Sequence record: MZ443769.1
Strand: one strand, 5' to 3'
Length of the DNA: 64,000 bases
Of this stretch, positions 25,291 through 34,784 are shown piece after piece. Below the pieces are notes generated by a model. It had not been told where the DNA came from and did no database searches. It saw nothing but the letters and a program-made list of their open reading frames with translations. The position numbers were made by a program, and so were the translations under genes. How positions within the stretch are numbered: the first letter of the stretch is position 1; the number at the start of each line of letters is the position of its first letter.

Positions 25291-26007
25291 ATGACAACTA
25301 AACCTGAACTGAGTGAGTTCGCTAAAAGCGGCCGTATCGTTCGTCAATGTGAAATCCGTCTGGCTCTTGCTGATTGCTATCGGACTCTGCGTGATAACAC
25401 ATTCTTGCAGTCGATTGAATTGCCTGCTGATGAACGTAAAGCATTCAACATGTTCACGTCTACCATGGACGAAGGCGATTGTGTACGCTTCCAATCCATG
25501 GTATCAACGTGCGCCTTCGCCCTCGATAAGTTTTGCAGTGGCGCACTGACTGATCTCTCTAAACTGATCGCGATTCATTATGATCGCTGCCGTGAAGAAG
25601 ATAGCATCCGCACTTCTATCCATCCGCATCAACAAGCTATCATGGCTGATCTTGCGCGTACTGAGAGTGTCACTGTTCATGTGGCCTCTGTTGAGCCTGA
25701 AGAAGACATTCGCACGTTCGTTGCGGCTCTGATCGAATACATCAAAGAGCATCTGGACGAAGAAGACCGCGAGCCGTGTGTAATCGAAATCTGCGAAGCG
25801 CTTGAAGGTGAAGAGTACGATATCTTCGCAGACAAGACCGAAGACGAGATGTTCGCGTTCTTGCGTGAAGCGATGTTTGCCACAGACATTCCTGTTGAAG
25901 ATCTCAAAGAAGATGTTCTGAATGTTATTCAAGGAAACGGCTGGCCTCAAGTGGGTATCTTCGGGGCTGACGAGGCTGACGATGAAAACTACGCACTCGC
26001 TCCTTAA
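25291..26007 (+). CDS. hypothetical acidic protein
   Basis: AAGGA RBS, 238 aa. Confidence 0.85.
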   Translation: MTTKPELSEFAKSGRIVRQCEIRLALADCYRTLRDNTFLQSIELPADERKAFNMFTSTMDEGDCVRFQSMVSTCAFALDKFCSGALTDLSKLIAIHYDRCREEDSIRTSIHPHQQAIMADLARTESVTVHVASVEPEEDIRTFVAALIEYIKEHLDEEDREPCVIEICEALEGEEYDIFADKTEDEMFAFLREAMFATDIPVEDLKEDVLNVIQGNGWPQVGIFGADEADDENYALAP

Positions 26008-26179
26008 TCGTTACTGGCGCGAACTGATCATTGTGATTGTGTTCGCTGCCGTTGCTGCCGCTGTTATTTTTCTTGGAGTAGAAAGCCCTAAGGTTGTCGT
26101 GATAGTGGCAATCATCTGTGCTCTCTACTTCATTGCTGTTCGGGTCTGTAGACCATCTTATGGGGATAAGAAAGAATGA
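25982..26179 (+). CDS. small two-TM membrane protein
   Basis: GAGG RBS before ATG 25982; two hydrophobic helices. Confidence 0.65.
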   Translation: MKTTHSLLNRYWRELIIVIVFAAVAAAVIFLGVESPKVVVIVAIICALYFIAVRVCRPSYGDKKE

Positions 26180-26736
26180 AAAAGAATGAAGTTAAACTGA
26201 GTGCGAAAGATATTGAAGCAGGCAAGAAGCAAATCTTAGACATGTGCCTGCATTACGGTATCACTGTTGAAGCTGGTGGCGTGGGTTATGAAACGCTGTA
26301 CACCGATGACATGGATGAAACGCAAGGCGGCTGGTATTGTTCTTTCGATAAGAAGATGAAAGAGCGACTGCGTGAAGCGCGTGTTACTTCGTGGCAGAAC
26401 ATCGGCATGGTGTCTGATGATACCATCAACGGCTTACTCGTCAATCTGCGTGACTTAGGCACCAAGCTGCGCAATCGCCGCAAAGCAGATCCTCAGACTG
26501 GTCTGACTAAAGCTGAGACTCTGACTAAAATGAAAGTGGCCAACACAAAAGCTGCGGTCAACAAGTTCCACAGCACGGGTGCTCTGACTGATGAAGAACT
26601 CAATCTTTGCATCAAGCATTATCAAACCTTAGAGCAAGCAATTCATGCAGACCAAACACTGCAACTTGCTTGGGCTTATGTGTCGCAGAGTCTAAACACT
26701 CTCGTCCAGTTTAAAGAAGCACGTAAGCGCAAGTAA
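26176..26736 (+). CDS. hypothetical protein
   Basis: 186 aa, ATGA overlap. Confidence 0.8.
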   Translation: MKKNEVKLSAKDIEAGKKQILDMCLHYGITVEAGGVGYETLYTDDMDETQGGWYCSFDKKMKERLREARVTSWQNIGMVSDDTINGLLVNLRDLGTKLRNRRKADPQTGLTKAETLTKMKVANTKAAVNKFHSTGALTDEELNLCIKHYQTLEQAIHADQTLQLAWAYVSQSLNTLVQFKEARKRK

Positions 26737-26738
26737 CA

Positions 26739-26771
26739 TAATGGGAGATCTCGACAAGAGGTTTCCCATTA
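26739..26771. other. intergenic stem-loop (GGGAGA..TTCCC family)
   Basis: TAATGGGAGATCTC-GACAA-GAGGTTTCCCATTA; stem related to hairpins at 5575 and 35469 but no T-run. Confidence 0.5.
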
Positions 26772-26792
26772 GTCATTTCTGGAGCAAATTTT

Positions 26793-27767
26793 ATGAAGTA
26801 CGGATTCGCCTGCAAGCTGATTGATAACAAGGGCAAACAGCCTTTCCCTAATCGCAGTATCAGCTACAAACACTTCGCACCGTTAACTGACGAAGACCAG
26901 AGACTCAAACTGATTGAGATCGCTACGCACAACCTGACAATGTTGCTCGCTATGATTCACTATGTCGGACGCTTGCGTATGGACTTGCGTATGTTCCGCA
27001 TAACAAGCGAACTGCTTCCTCTGTACACGCATCCGAAAGTCAGTGCATTGTATCAAGAGCCTCACATACGATCATTGATTGAACCAATGCTTGCTGCGTG
27101 TGGTCGTGCTGCGCGTACACGTCAAGTTCGTTTGTCGTTTCACCCAGGACAATTCACTGTACTTGCATCTGACCGACCAGAAGTTGTCGTGTCTGCAATT
27201 GAAGAACTTGAGTACCACGCATACTGTGCATATCAGATGGGATACGGCAGAAAGTTCCAAGACTTCAAAATCAACATTCATCTGAGTGGCCGACTCCGTG
27301 CAGAAGGTTTCCGTGCTGCGTTCAAACTCCTGTCACCTCACTGTCGTCGTATGTTGACCGTCGAGAATGACGAGATCACCAGCAGCATCGAAGACGTGTT
27401 AACTCTAGGTGACTTGTGCCCGATCGTCTTGGACGTGCATCATCATTGGGTAATGACTAACGAATACATTCTGCCTACAGATGATCGCGTTAAGCGCGTG
27501 ATAGACTCGTGGCGCGGCGTTCGACCTGTTGCACACTATTCAGTGTCTCGACCTGAGCATGTACCGTCACGTGGTATGCCCGATCAGAACAAGCTGCAAG
27601 CTAACAGAATGCAGTTACGCGCTCACGCTGAATACTATCACAATGAAGACGTAAACGACTGGGTCCGCACTTTCTCTGATTTCGACATAATGTGCGAGTC
27701 AAAAGCTAAAAATCTAGCTCGCTTAAAATTGGTGTATTTTGAGTCAACTCTGCATATAATAGGCTGA
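26793..27767 (+). CDS. uvsE: UV DNA damage endonuclease
   Basis: GFACK, MFRITS.LLP, RLSFHPGQFTVL.S, LEYH, INIH, VENDE, VLDVHHH, HYS, DIMCESKAK. Confidence 0.92.
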   Translation: MKYGFACKLIDNKGKQPFPNRSISYKHFAPLTDEDQRLKLIEIATHNLTMLLAMIHYVGRLRMDLRMFRITSELLPLYTHPKVSALYQEPHIRSLIEPMLAACGRAARTRQVRLSFHPGQFTVLASDRPEVVVSAIEELEYHAYCAYQMGYGRKFQDFKINIHLSGRLRAEGFRAAFKLLSPHCRRMLTVENDEITSSIEDVLTLGDLCPIVLDVHHHWVMTNEYILPTDDRVKRVIDSWRGVRPVAHYSVSRPEHVPSRGMPDQNKLQANRMQLRAHAEYYHNEDVNDWVRTFSDFDIMCESKAKNLARLKLVYFESTLHIIG

Positions 27768-27804
27768 AATACGGCTTGTGCTGTAGGTCGCACCGTGATA
27801 AACT
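27749..27804 (+). promoter_or_regulatory. class I phage promoter
   Basis: TCTGCATATAAT-AGGCTGAAATAC, 26 nt, (TGa)TAAACT; overlaps the uvsE stop. Confidence 0.7.
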
Positions 27805-27858
27805 GTACATGAGCACTTTTGCTCGTTTAGCTTGTCTAAAAAGACATAAGGAAACGCT

Positions 27859-28152
27859 ATGTACACTAATCACATTATCGCAAAGAAACCTGCTGCACCT
27901 CTGACGTATTCAGCAAGCAACACGTATGAACAACGCGACCGCATCTCCTGCATCTGGCCTGGCTGTCTCGATGTTCCTGCTGCAATTAAACGTTGGTGCC
28001 GTGCTCATGAGATTATGATCGATCTCGATTCCTATATGCGCGTTCGATTTCGAGGACGTCGTGCGGATATCCTGACATTGATTGCAACTCACATTGCGCC
28101 TAACAATTCTGAACTGACCGCACGTATCGTCAGCACAATCACAGAGGCTTAA
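27859..28152 (+). CDS. hypothetical protein
   Basis: AAGGA RBS. Confidence 0.75.
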   Translation: MYTNHIIAKKPAAPLTYSASNTYEQRDRISCIWPGCLDVPAAIKRWCRAHEIMIDLDSYMRVRFRGRRADILTLIATHIAPNNSELTARIVSTITEA

Positions 28153-28153
28153 A

Positions 28154-28417
28154 ATGAAAATCGAAAGAATGGAAGCTACCTATGAGTTGCGTGATACGAA
28201 AGCGGCTTTAGTTGAGAAGAGGGGCTTTCGTACCGTTGAGTCGAAGTATGTTGACGGTACGGAGGTTAGATTACAACGGAGAGACCACGAGGTTCTCGAA
28301 CGTATCGTTGTAGGCTACGACAGATTTGGTCGTGCCGTGTACGGGTCACTCGTACCACAACGTTCGTTCGAAGTGCGTGACAGCAAGGACGGCGTACCTC
28401 AAGTGCCAGCTCCCTAG
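28154..28417 (+). CDS. hypothetical protein
   Basis: GAGG RBS. Confidence 0.7.
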   Translation: MKIERMEATYELRDTKAALVEKRGFRTVESKYVDGTEVRLQRRDHEVLERIVVGYDRFGRAVYGSLVPQRSFEVRDSKDGVPQVPAP

Positions 28418-28494
28418 CAAGCTCACAACAAGAAGCCATAGAATATACAAACTCAAAAATAATTCTGTGCTTAAACCTAGTGGGGTGTCACAAA

Positions 28495-28872
28495 ATGATC
28501 GTCATCTGTAATTCTTCGAAAGACTTTTCTTTTGAACGGTTGTCACACGGGGACGCATTTGTTTTTGGAAAGACACGCATGTTACTACGTGCGGACTTTA
28601 TCGTCCTGACCGACAAGAACAATGCTTTCTATGTTATACGCAAATCTGATGTTGTTTGGTCGCCGGAACTTACTGGTGCAACGCAAATGGTGAAAGTCCG
28701 GGCGTTTGCCCAGATTAAACCGTTCGAACTAAACACTGCATGTCCGCAATTCAACAGCCGCGTATACGGAACAGTAGCTTTTCGCAACACGCACTTTGAG
28801 TATCGGTTAAATCACCTACAATATAAACCAACACAGTTCGGAGGTTTACATGGCACGGTATCATGTGTTTAG
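28495..28872 (+). CDS. hypothetical protein
   Basis: GGGG RBS before ATG 28495. Confidence 0.6.
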   Translation: MIVICNSSKDFSFERLSHGDAFVFGKTRMLLRADFIVLTDKNNAFYVIRKSDVVWSPELTGATQMVKVRAFAQIKPFELNTACPQFNSRVYGTVAFRNTHFEYRLNHLQYKPTQFGGLHGTVSCV

Positions 28873-29098
28873 CGCTACCCATCAGTATTACGGCGAAGCT
28901 TACGCTGGGACATATCTTAAAGATATCGACATGGGCGTAACGCTGAACCAAGCGGAGTTCAAGGACTTCGCCTCAGCCAAAACTTGTGCGGATAAATTGC
29001 ATGAGGTTTGCGATATAGGCTGGATTGTCTACAACGCATTTTCTGAAATGCCGATGTACGACACTCGGACGTCTACTGACGAGTCTGTAAATACATAA
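28850..29098 (+). CDS. hypothetical protein
   Basis: GGAGG RBS. Confidence 0.75.
   Translation: MARYHVFSATHQYYGEAYAGTYLKDIDMGVTLNQAEFKDFASAKTCADKLHEVCDIGWIVYNAFSEMPMYDTRTSTDESVNT
29084..29093 (+). promoter_or_regulatory. TCTGTAAATA class II motif
   Basis: At the end of the upstream gene, before gene 29169. Confidence 0.4.
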
Positions 29099-29168
29099 CA
29101 GGCCCGCCTACATCTTCCAGTGTGATGCTTACGGGCTTCACGCAAATTCACTTAAATGAGGTTTTACT

Positions 29169-29678
29169 ATGAAACGTTTTATCACTGCTATCGCTTTTGT
29201 TGTTGCTTCTTCTAACGCATTCGCTTCTGCCCAGTACGTTGCGCCAACAATTAGCGGACTGAACCCAAGCACTGACCTGACTATCACTCATGCACTTGAT
29301 AGTTCTTGCAGCACAAAGCTGGCGACTGCTATCGATCTGCGTGGTGGCCTTGTTGATTTTGCTGTCAACAAGAATACCATCGACACTAAACCTCTGTGGC
29401 CTCTGCTGTGTAGTCCGACAGTTGAAGCCACTAAAGTGGATGTGGAACGTGCGGGGCAAGACATTACTCTGACCTATATCAACCGCGATAAATCAATGCC
29501 TAAGCTGATTATCGTTATGCAGCGCGTCGAATCTGAGAACGACGATGATGCGCCAACGTATCAGATCGTCCGCGTAGGCGATATGAATGCTATGGGCTAT
29601 GAAGAACAAGCGGCACTGCAAGACTGGCTGCTTGATTGCTACGCTGCAACTAATCAAGATTCGTTGGCGCTGAACTAA
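29169..29678 (+). CDS. secreted/periplasmic protein
   Basis: Sec signal peptide MKRFITAIAFVVASSNAFA; GAGG RBS. Confidence 0.8.
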   Translation: MKRFITAIAFVVASSNAFASAQYVAPTISGLNPSTDLTITHALDSSCSTKLATAIDLRGGLVDFAVNKNTIDTKPLWPLLCSPTVEATKVDVERAGQDITLTYINRDKSMPKLIIVMQRVESENDDDAPTYQIVRVGDMNAMGYEEQAALQDWLLDCYAATNQDSLALN

Positions 29679-29980
29679 TGGCTAAAACGAAAACCATGCT
29701 GACGTATTCTAATCAGTTGCAGAAAGATATCTCAAAGCCTGAAGACTGGCAGTTGTTCAAGGCCATGCTGCTTAATCTTCGGCTTGCTGTACTGACTGAA
29801 CCTAAGCCTCATGCTAAAGTGCGTGAACTATGTCGCACTTGGTATAGTGGCGGGAAATATCGAAGCCCGATTTGTGATTCAACCCTTATTCGTTTGTCTT
29901 CAACAAAGAAAGCGCATACGCTGTTAGACGAACTCATTGAACTTTATGTTGGTATTGAGGAAAAGAATGATGACCAGTAA
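29678..29980 (+). CDS. hypothetical protein
   Basis: TAATG coupling. Confidence 0.75.
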   Translation: MAKTKTMLTYSNQLQKDISKPEDWQLFKAMLLNLRLAVLTEPKPHAKVRELCRTWYSGGKYRSPICDSTLIRLSSTKKAHTLLDELIELYVGIEEKNDDQ

Positions 29981-31037
29981 ACCTGTTATGAGTGCAACCC
30001 AAATTGAAAACCGTCGCGTGACTGGTGTGCGCAACAAAGTTACTGCTGCCTTGCAAGGTGGTTTCGATGCAATGCGTGTGCCGCGTCCTGATCAAAGCCA
30101 TGTGCGTGATGCTTTCCGCTTCATTGCTAATCAGGTTCTTCACGCAGGCGCACAGTTCAAGTATGAAGACACTAGGCCGAGTCATGCAGCCGCGTACGAT
30201 ATTATTCGTCAGTACGAAATCAAACTCACTGGACCTCAAGCGCGAATCGCTCGCCCTGATGTTATTGTTGATTTTGAAGATCTGCTGCGTCCGAACTTGC
30301 AAGCAGTCTGGCCGAGCGTTCTGCGTAATCTAACGATCACAAACTCGTTGCTTCGCACTCCAGATTCGAACGTATTCTCTCCTGACCCTGATGCGAATAC
30401 ACAAAACCTGATGAACTCGCTTGCGTTCTGGTTCACTGAACTCGGCTTGAAAAATATGCTTATCGATCCTTCAATCGTTGAGCACACCAACTTAGTATCG
30501 ATCAACGTTGTCACTGCGGCATCGCACTATGATCTGTCTGCGTGTGATTGGGAGTATCGCAACCGTCTCTACGGCCGCTCGTATGAACCTGATACACAAG
30601 AAGTCCCAGACTGGAAAAAGCCAGCACCTTCGAACTGCACCTGCAACACAAGTTCTTATGACGACGATTGTCCTGCTCACGATACAGGCGATGATATTGA
30701 CGATGAAGTTCCTGCTTTCTATACAGACCGATACATCGTCGAATTCGAACACAGCCTGCGTGACGTTGATTTCAACGCTGAAAGGCCTGCACCAGTTGCC
30801 TTAGATTCCGTACAACAAAAACAGCGCTTCAAGAAAGCAAAGTCTAAAACACCTCGTGGCGGCACGTTCGATTTCATGCCTCAATGGTATGTGCTTGATG
30901 AACGTGAAGCGAAAGGCGTATACTTCGCTGTCGTGCTTATGTCTCGTTCTACAGTCGGTATCCCAGTTGTTACTGCGACAACCCGCGAAGCTCTCGCAAT
31001 CGCAGAAGTCCTGCACTCGTTCGAATTCGACAAATAG
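29967..31037 (+). CDS. hypothetical protein
   Basis: GAGG RBS before ATG 29967; internal CTC...C..H stretch. Confidence 0.85.
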   Translation: MMTSKPVMSATQIENRRVTGVRNKVTAALQGGFDAMRVPRPDQSHVRDAFRFIANQVLHAGAQFKYEDTRPSHAAAYDIIRQYEIKLTGPQARIARPDVIVDFEDLLRPNLQAVWPSVLRNLTITNSLLRTPDSNVFSPDPDANTQNLMNSLAFWFTELGLKNMLIDPSIVEHTNLVSINVVTAASHYDLSACDWEYRNRLYGRSYEPDTQEVPDWKKPAPSNCTCNTSSYDDDCPAHDTGDDIDDEVPAFYTDRYIVEFEHSLRDVDFNAERPAPVALDSVQQKQRFKKAKSKTPRGGTFDFMPQWYVLDEREAKGVYFAVVLMSRSTVGIPVVTATTREALAIAEVLHSFEFDK

Positions 31038-31038
31038 C

Positions 31039-31082
31039 AGGTAGAAACAGCGCTCGAAATGAACGCACTTCTATGATATAAT
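31039..31082 (+). promoter_or_regulatory. class I phage promoter (variant)
   Basis: AGGTAGAAACAG, 26 nt, (TGa)TATAAT. Confidence 0.65.
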
Positions 31083-31148
31083 CATAGCTAGAGCATATCG
31101 CTCTCACGTAACCTTTAAACATACGTTAATCAGTAACGGGAATATATA

Positions 31149-31451
31149 ATGGCTCGCACACTCTCACGCAAGAAAGCACTCGCCCTCATGTCTGACGCTT
31201 ACAACTCAAAACACGAACAATACCTTCCACGACTTATGGCGGAAGATATGGAATCGAAACACCTCTTCGAATTCCGTGAGCAAGTTGTCGCTAAGATTCA
31301 GGCGGGCGAGAATCCCTCTAAAGTTGTCGATGATATGATCGATACCGCGATTCGCGTTACTCTGGTCCGTCGTCGCACGAGCAATGACTATAATCCAAAA
31401 CTTTCTGATGTGCTCACCGACGAACTGCGTGATGCACTGCGTAACTTATAA
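31149..31451 (+). CDS. hypothetical protein
   Basis: 100 aa downstream of promoter. Confidence 0.8.
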   Translation: MARTLSRKKALALMSDAYNSKHEQYLPRLMAEDMESKHLFEFREQVVAKIQAGENPSKVVDDMIDTAIRVTLVRRRTSNDYNPKLSDVLTDELRDALRNL

Positions 31452-31459
31452 GGTATAAA

Positions 31460-32020
31460 ATGAAAAGCTACGGTTACTTTTTGGTTCTTAACCACATCGC
31501 ACTCGCGGTTGACAATCCCAGCAAGGAGGCTGGGTTCAAGTCTCTTATCGAACTTGATATGTTCAATCGTGCTTCCTCAATCGTTCTGCCTGATGCTGAG
31601 CCGAAAGGTTTCAAGCTCGCAAAAGATTTGACGGAAGCTATCTATCCTGCGTCTGCTGACGTTCAACCAACAATCGGCCAACGCATGATGATGGTGCAAG
31701 CCCTTCATGACCAAGAAGTAGCCGCACTGTTAGGCGATACAACGATCTTTGTCGCTCATTCATTCACTAATGATGAATTGATGACACGCTTTGGTTTCTT
31801 CTACGACGGTACAGACACTGCGCTGTTCATGCCGTACTACTTGCGCAAACACATCATGGCAGATCAAGCGGTCTTCTGTGAAGGTAAGCTGACGAGTTTT
31901 GATTATGCCTGTTCAAACGGTGCAATCACACCTCATGTCCATTCTTACGGTTTGCTGACTGCGCAAGCTTATGGTCACGATACAATGCCAGCTAAGTACC
32001 GTCACAATTTTCTTCTCTGA
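31460..32020 (+). CDS. hypothetical protein
   Basis: AAGG RBS, 186 aa. Confidence 0.8.
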   Translation: MKSYGYFLVLNHIALAVDNPSKEAGFKSLIELDMFNRASSIVLPDAEPKGFKLAKDLTEAIYPASADVQPTIGQRMMMVQALHDQEVAALLGDTTIFVAHSFTNDELMTRFGFFYDGTDTALFMPYYLRKHIMADQAVFCEGKLTSFDYACSNGAITPHVHSYGLLTAQAYGHDTMPAKYRHNFLL

Positions 32021-32034
32021 CGGAGGCCGCACTC

Positions 32035-32481
32035 ATGGGTGTAGTCAAAGGTATCACATCGACTGAGTTTCCAGCTCGCGACCGCGACGAGTATTCGCAA
32101 GTCATTATTCAAATGTCTGACGGTACATTCAGCGCAACGCTAATGCGACGAGATCGTACGGAGCCGCTGAATACAATCTGGCGTATCGACGGCGACTGTC
32201 TGCCTGAAGAATTCTTTCAAGGCACTCGCCCTCTGTATGTGTCTGCATCGTATCTGCAAGACAACGGCAAGAGCTTGTTAGTTGCAGCAGGTCCGAATGA
32301 AGGTCTGTTCTGCGAAGTCTGTTTTGATTTTGATTTGAAGTCAAAAGTTGACGGCGTTGTTCTTACACACCGTGCTAACCAAACAATCATTCAGATTCTG
32401 AGCGGACCTCATGAAGGTCGCATCGTCAGTTCTGCTGAGTGTCAATATTCAATTCTCCCATATAAAGGAGTTAAGCTGTGA
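32035..32481 (+). CDS. hypothetical protein
   Basis: GGAGG RBS. Confidence 0.8.
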   Translation: MGVVKGITSTEFPARDRDEYSQVIIQMSDGTFSATLMRRDRTEPLNTIWRIDGDCLPEEFFQGTRPLYVSASYLQDNGKSLLVAAGPNEGLFCEVCFDFDLKSKVDGVVLTHRANQTIIQILSGPHEGRIVSSAECQYSILPYKGVKL

Positions 32482-32660
32482 TCAAGTTTAAAGTTCTCGT
32501 AATCTCTACCGTTGTCCGTGGCTGTGAGTCGGGCGCAGGTGTCAGTCAGACCGTGCTGGACTTCGACACAAAAGAAGAGGCTGATACTGCCGCAGATCGA
32601 ATCAACGGCACAAAGTCCGTAGAGTATTACTTAAAGAATCAGGCTATCCCACTCTACTGA
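32478..32660 (+). CDS. small hypothetical protein
   Basis: AAGGAG RBS, GTGA overlap. Confidence 0.7.
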   Translation: MIKFKVLVISTVVRGCESGAGVSQTVLDFDTKEEADTAADRINGTKSVEYYLKNQAIPLY

Positions 32661-32673
32661 TTTAGGTGATGCT

Positions 32674-32937
32674 ATGAGCAAAGGTAATTTCATGAAGCGC
32701 CTTGAAGCGGGCGAGACGTTCTACATGTACGTGTCTGGAAAAGACTGCACTCCAATCGCTCTTGGTCACGATGCTAATATTACGGACTTGCGTGTTGCTA
32801 TAGGCGGACTTGCGTTTGCTCACAACCTCAAGAAAGTAAAAGTATCTTTTAGTCGCAACATCATGGCAGACCCTGATGGTGTTGTGTATTTCGATATCGT
32901 TCAAACAATCACTGTTAAAAAAGAAAAGGTGTACTAA
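32674..32937 (+). CDS. hypothetical protein
   Basis: AGGTG RBS. Confidence 0.75.
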   Translation: MSKGNFMKRLEAGETFYMYVSGKDCTPIALGHDANITDLRVAIGGLAFAHNLKKVKVSFSRNIMADPDGVVYFDIVQTITVKKEKVY

Positions 32938-33473
32938 TGCAATTTCTCGTTAAGCCAGACCTGAATCGTTACCCAGATTTCATCGTACCAAAGCGTGGCT
33001 CTGCGCAAGCTGCTGGTATTGATCTGTTCGCTCAACAGGATATGATCATTACTGCTGATACTGAGCTGTTCGACCTGGGTTTTCAAGCTGCTGTGCCTGA
33101 TGGTTACGTTGCTATTATTTTCCCTCGTAGTGGTCTTGGCGCTAAGTTCAATGTGCAACTGTCGAACACTACTGGCGTTATTGATAGTGACTATCGTGGC
33201 GAGTGGAAAGCTGCTATTCATCTCGGCGGTAAAGGTACGCAAGTCGATCAACTTGATTGGCTGAGCGCTGCGTATCTGCAATCGGACATGGACGAATTCC
33301 CTGACCTCGACGATGACGAAGATCAGAAAGCATTGCTGATCAAACGCGGCGAAGCTTACGCACAGGTACTCTTCTTTGAAGTGCCTCTGATGGAAGTTGC
33401 GCTGGCCGAAGAACTGCCTGATACAGAACGCGGTGATGGTGGCTTCGGTTCTACAACTGCACCACGTGTCTAA
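32937..33473 (+). CDS. dut: trimeric dUTPase with acidic insertion
   Basis: Motifs AAGIDL, PRSGLG, GVIDSDYRGE, AQ, RGDGGFGST. Confidence 0.95.
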   Translation: MQFLVKPDLNRYPDFIVPKRGSAQAAGIDLFAQQDMIITADTELFDLGFQAAVPDGYVAIIFPRSGLGAKFNVQLSNTTGVIDSDYRGEWKAAIHLGGKGTQVDQLDWLSAAYLQSDMDEFPDLDDDEDQKALLIKRGEAYAQVLFFEVPLMEVALAEELPDTERGDGGFGSTTAPRV

Positions 33474-33690
33474 TTGGCCAGCGATAGCCATCGCGTATTA
33501 TCTCGTTGGTTGTGTTATGGCTTATCGTGATTTCAAAGTGGCTAGTGCGGAAGTCAAGAAAGATTCTTACAAGACAACCATTCTTGGCAAAATGCCTCGA
33601 TATAAAATTGTTTTGTTAGCTCTGATGATTTCCGCCATCGTGGTGTTCATTGATATCCCCACGTGGCCATTTAGGAAGAAACGTTCTTAA
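33466..33690 (+). CDS. small membrane protein
   Basis: Two hydrophobic segments; GTG 33466 overlaps the dut stop. Confidence 0.6.
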   Translation: MSNWPAIAIAYYLVGCVMAYRDFKVASAEVKKDSYKTTILGKMPRYKIVLLALMISAIVVFIDIPTWPFRKKRS

Positions 33691-33738
33691 ACACGAAGGG
33701 TCCTTCACTGGGCCCTCATTTATCGTAATATAAACACT

Positions 33739-34053
33739 ATGAGAAAGAAAACTTGCTTGCTGCCACGAGAGCGTAAAAGCCCGCTAAAGAACATGCGCGC
33801 CTATCTCGCATTTCTCGCCCGGAAACCCAATGATAATCGCAGAGTATTAGAAGCGTATTGCAATGCAGCGTTAGCTCAAATGCGCCGTGACAGATTCTTT
33901 GTTGGCAGGCTCTTTGCTCATAAAGTGTATACGAAGTCGAACAAGGTCGCATACACAGTTGTCTGGATTGACCCATACAACTACGACTGTCTTGTTCTCA
34001 ATCACAGAGAGAGGAAAGTAGAATTTAAAAATCTATATGGCCTGATTCTTTGA
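33739..34053 (+). CDS. hypothetical protein
   Basis: 104 aa, basic. Confidence 0.6.
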   Translation: MRKKTCLLPRERKSPLKNMRAYLAFLARKPNDNRRVLEAYCNAALAQMRRDRFFVGRLFAHKVYTKSNKVAYTVVWIDPYNYDCLVLNHRERKVEFKNLYGLIL

Positions 34054-34092
34054 TTAGGTCCTAGCGCCTACACACTAGGAGATATTCCAAAA

Positions 34093-34770
34093 ATGTTAGT
34101 TATCATCAACAATCGTACCGACGAGGTAATGAACCGCCTGAACGTAGCAGTATGGGTTTGTGTGGCATTCGCGTTTGCTCTTTTAATAGCGTTACGCATT
34201 TCGCCATCATTCGCCAGTATGTCTACAGGCATCGAGAAACCAATTGATGTTTCGTCCGCAGTGTCGCTTGATGCCTCCCATCGAGTGGCTAAACAATACA
34301 AGGAGATGGCTGCATCTGAGCAACAAGAAGAACGAAGGCGAGAGAAATCCCTGACGAAAGAACGCCTTCAACAATTGTATGCACACCTGCCGCACCCGTC
34401 AGACCTAGGCAAGCAAATTGATTTGGCCGCAGCAAAGTATGGAGTAGACGCAAAACTCGTCCTCTCTATCTGCGTGTCCGAGTCGCATCTTCGTGCTAAA
34501 GTCAGAAACAAATCTGGTGCTACTGGCTTATGTCAGATAATGCCAAAGATGCACGGGCGTAGTTCACGCGAGTTACTTGATTACCGTGTTAACGTTGATC
34601 TTGCAGCACGTATCGTTTCAGATCTTACCAAGCAATGCAAAGGCCGTCGTGCCTGTGTGATTCAATCTTACAACACTGGCTGGGGAGCATACCTGAAGGG
34701 TGCGCGAGCGCCACAATACTTAGCTAAAGTACAGACCGAGTATCGCCGCAAGCATACTCCTTCTTCCTGA
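34093..34770 (+). CDS. lytic transglycosylase (SLT domain) with N-terminal hydrophobic segment
   Basis: AAAKYGVD.KLV.SI..SES (catalytic Glu), GATGLCQIMP, YRVNVDLAA, SYNTG, YL.KV. Confidence 0.88.
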   Translation: MLVIINNRTDEVMNRLNVAVWVCVAFAFALLIALRISPSFASMSTGIEKPIDVSSAVSLDASHRVAKQYKEMAASEQQEERRREKSLTKERLQQLYAHLPHPSDLGKQIDLAAAKYGVDAKLVLSICVSESHLRAKVRNKSGATGLCQIMPKMHGRSSRELLDYRVNVDLAARIVSDLTKQCKGRRACVIQSYNTGWGAYLKGARAPQYLAKVQTEYRRKHTPSS

Positions 34771-34784
34771 GAGGATATAATACA

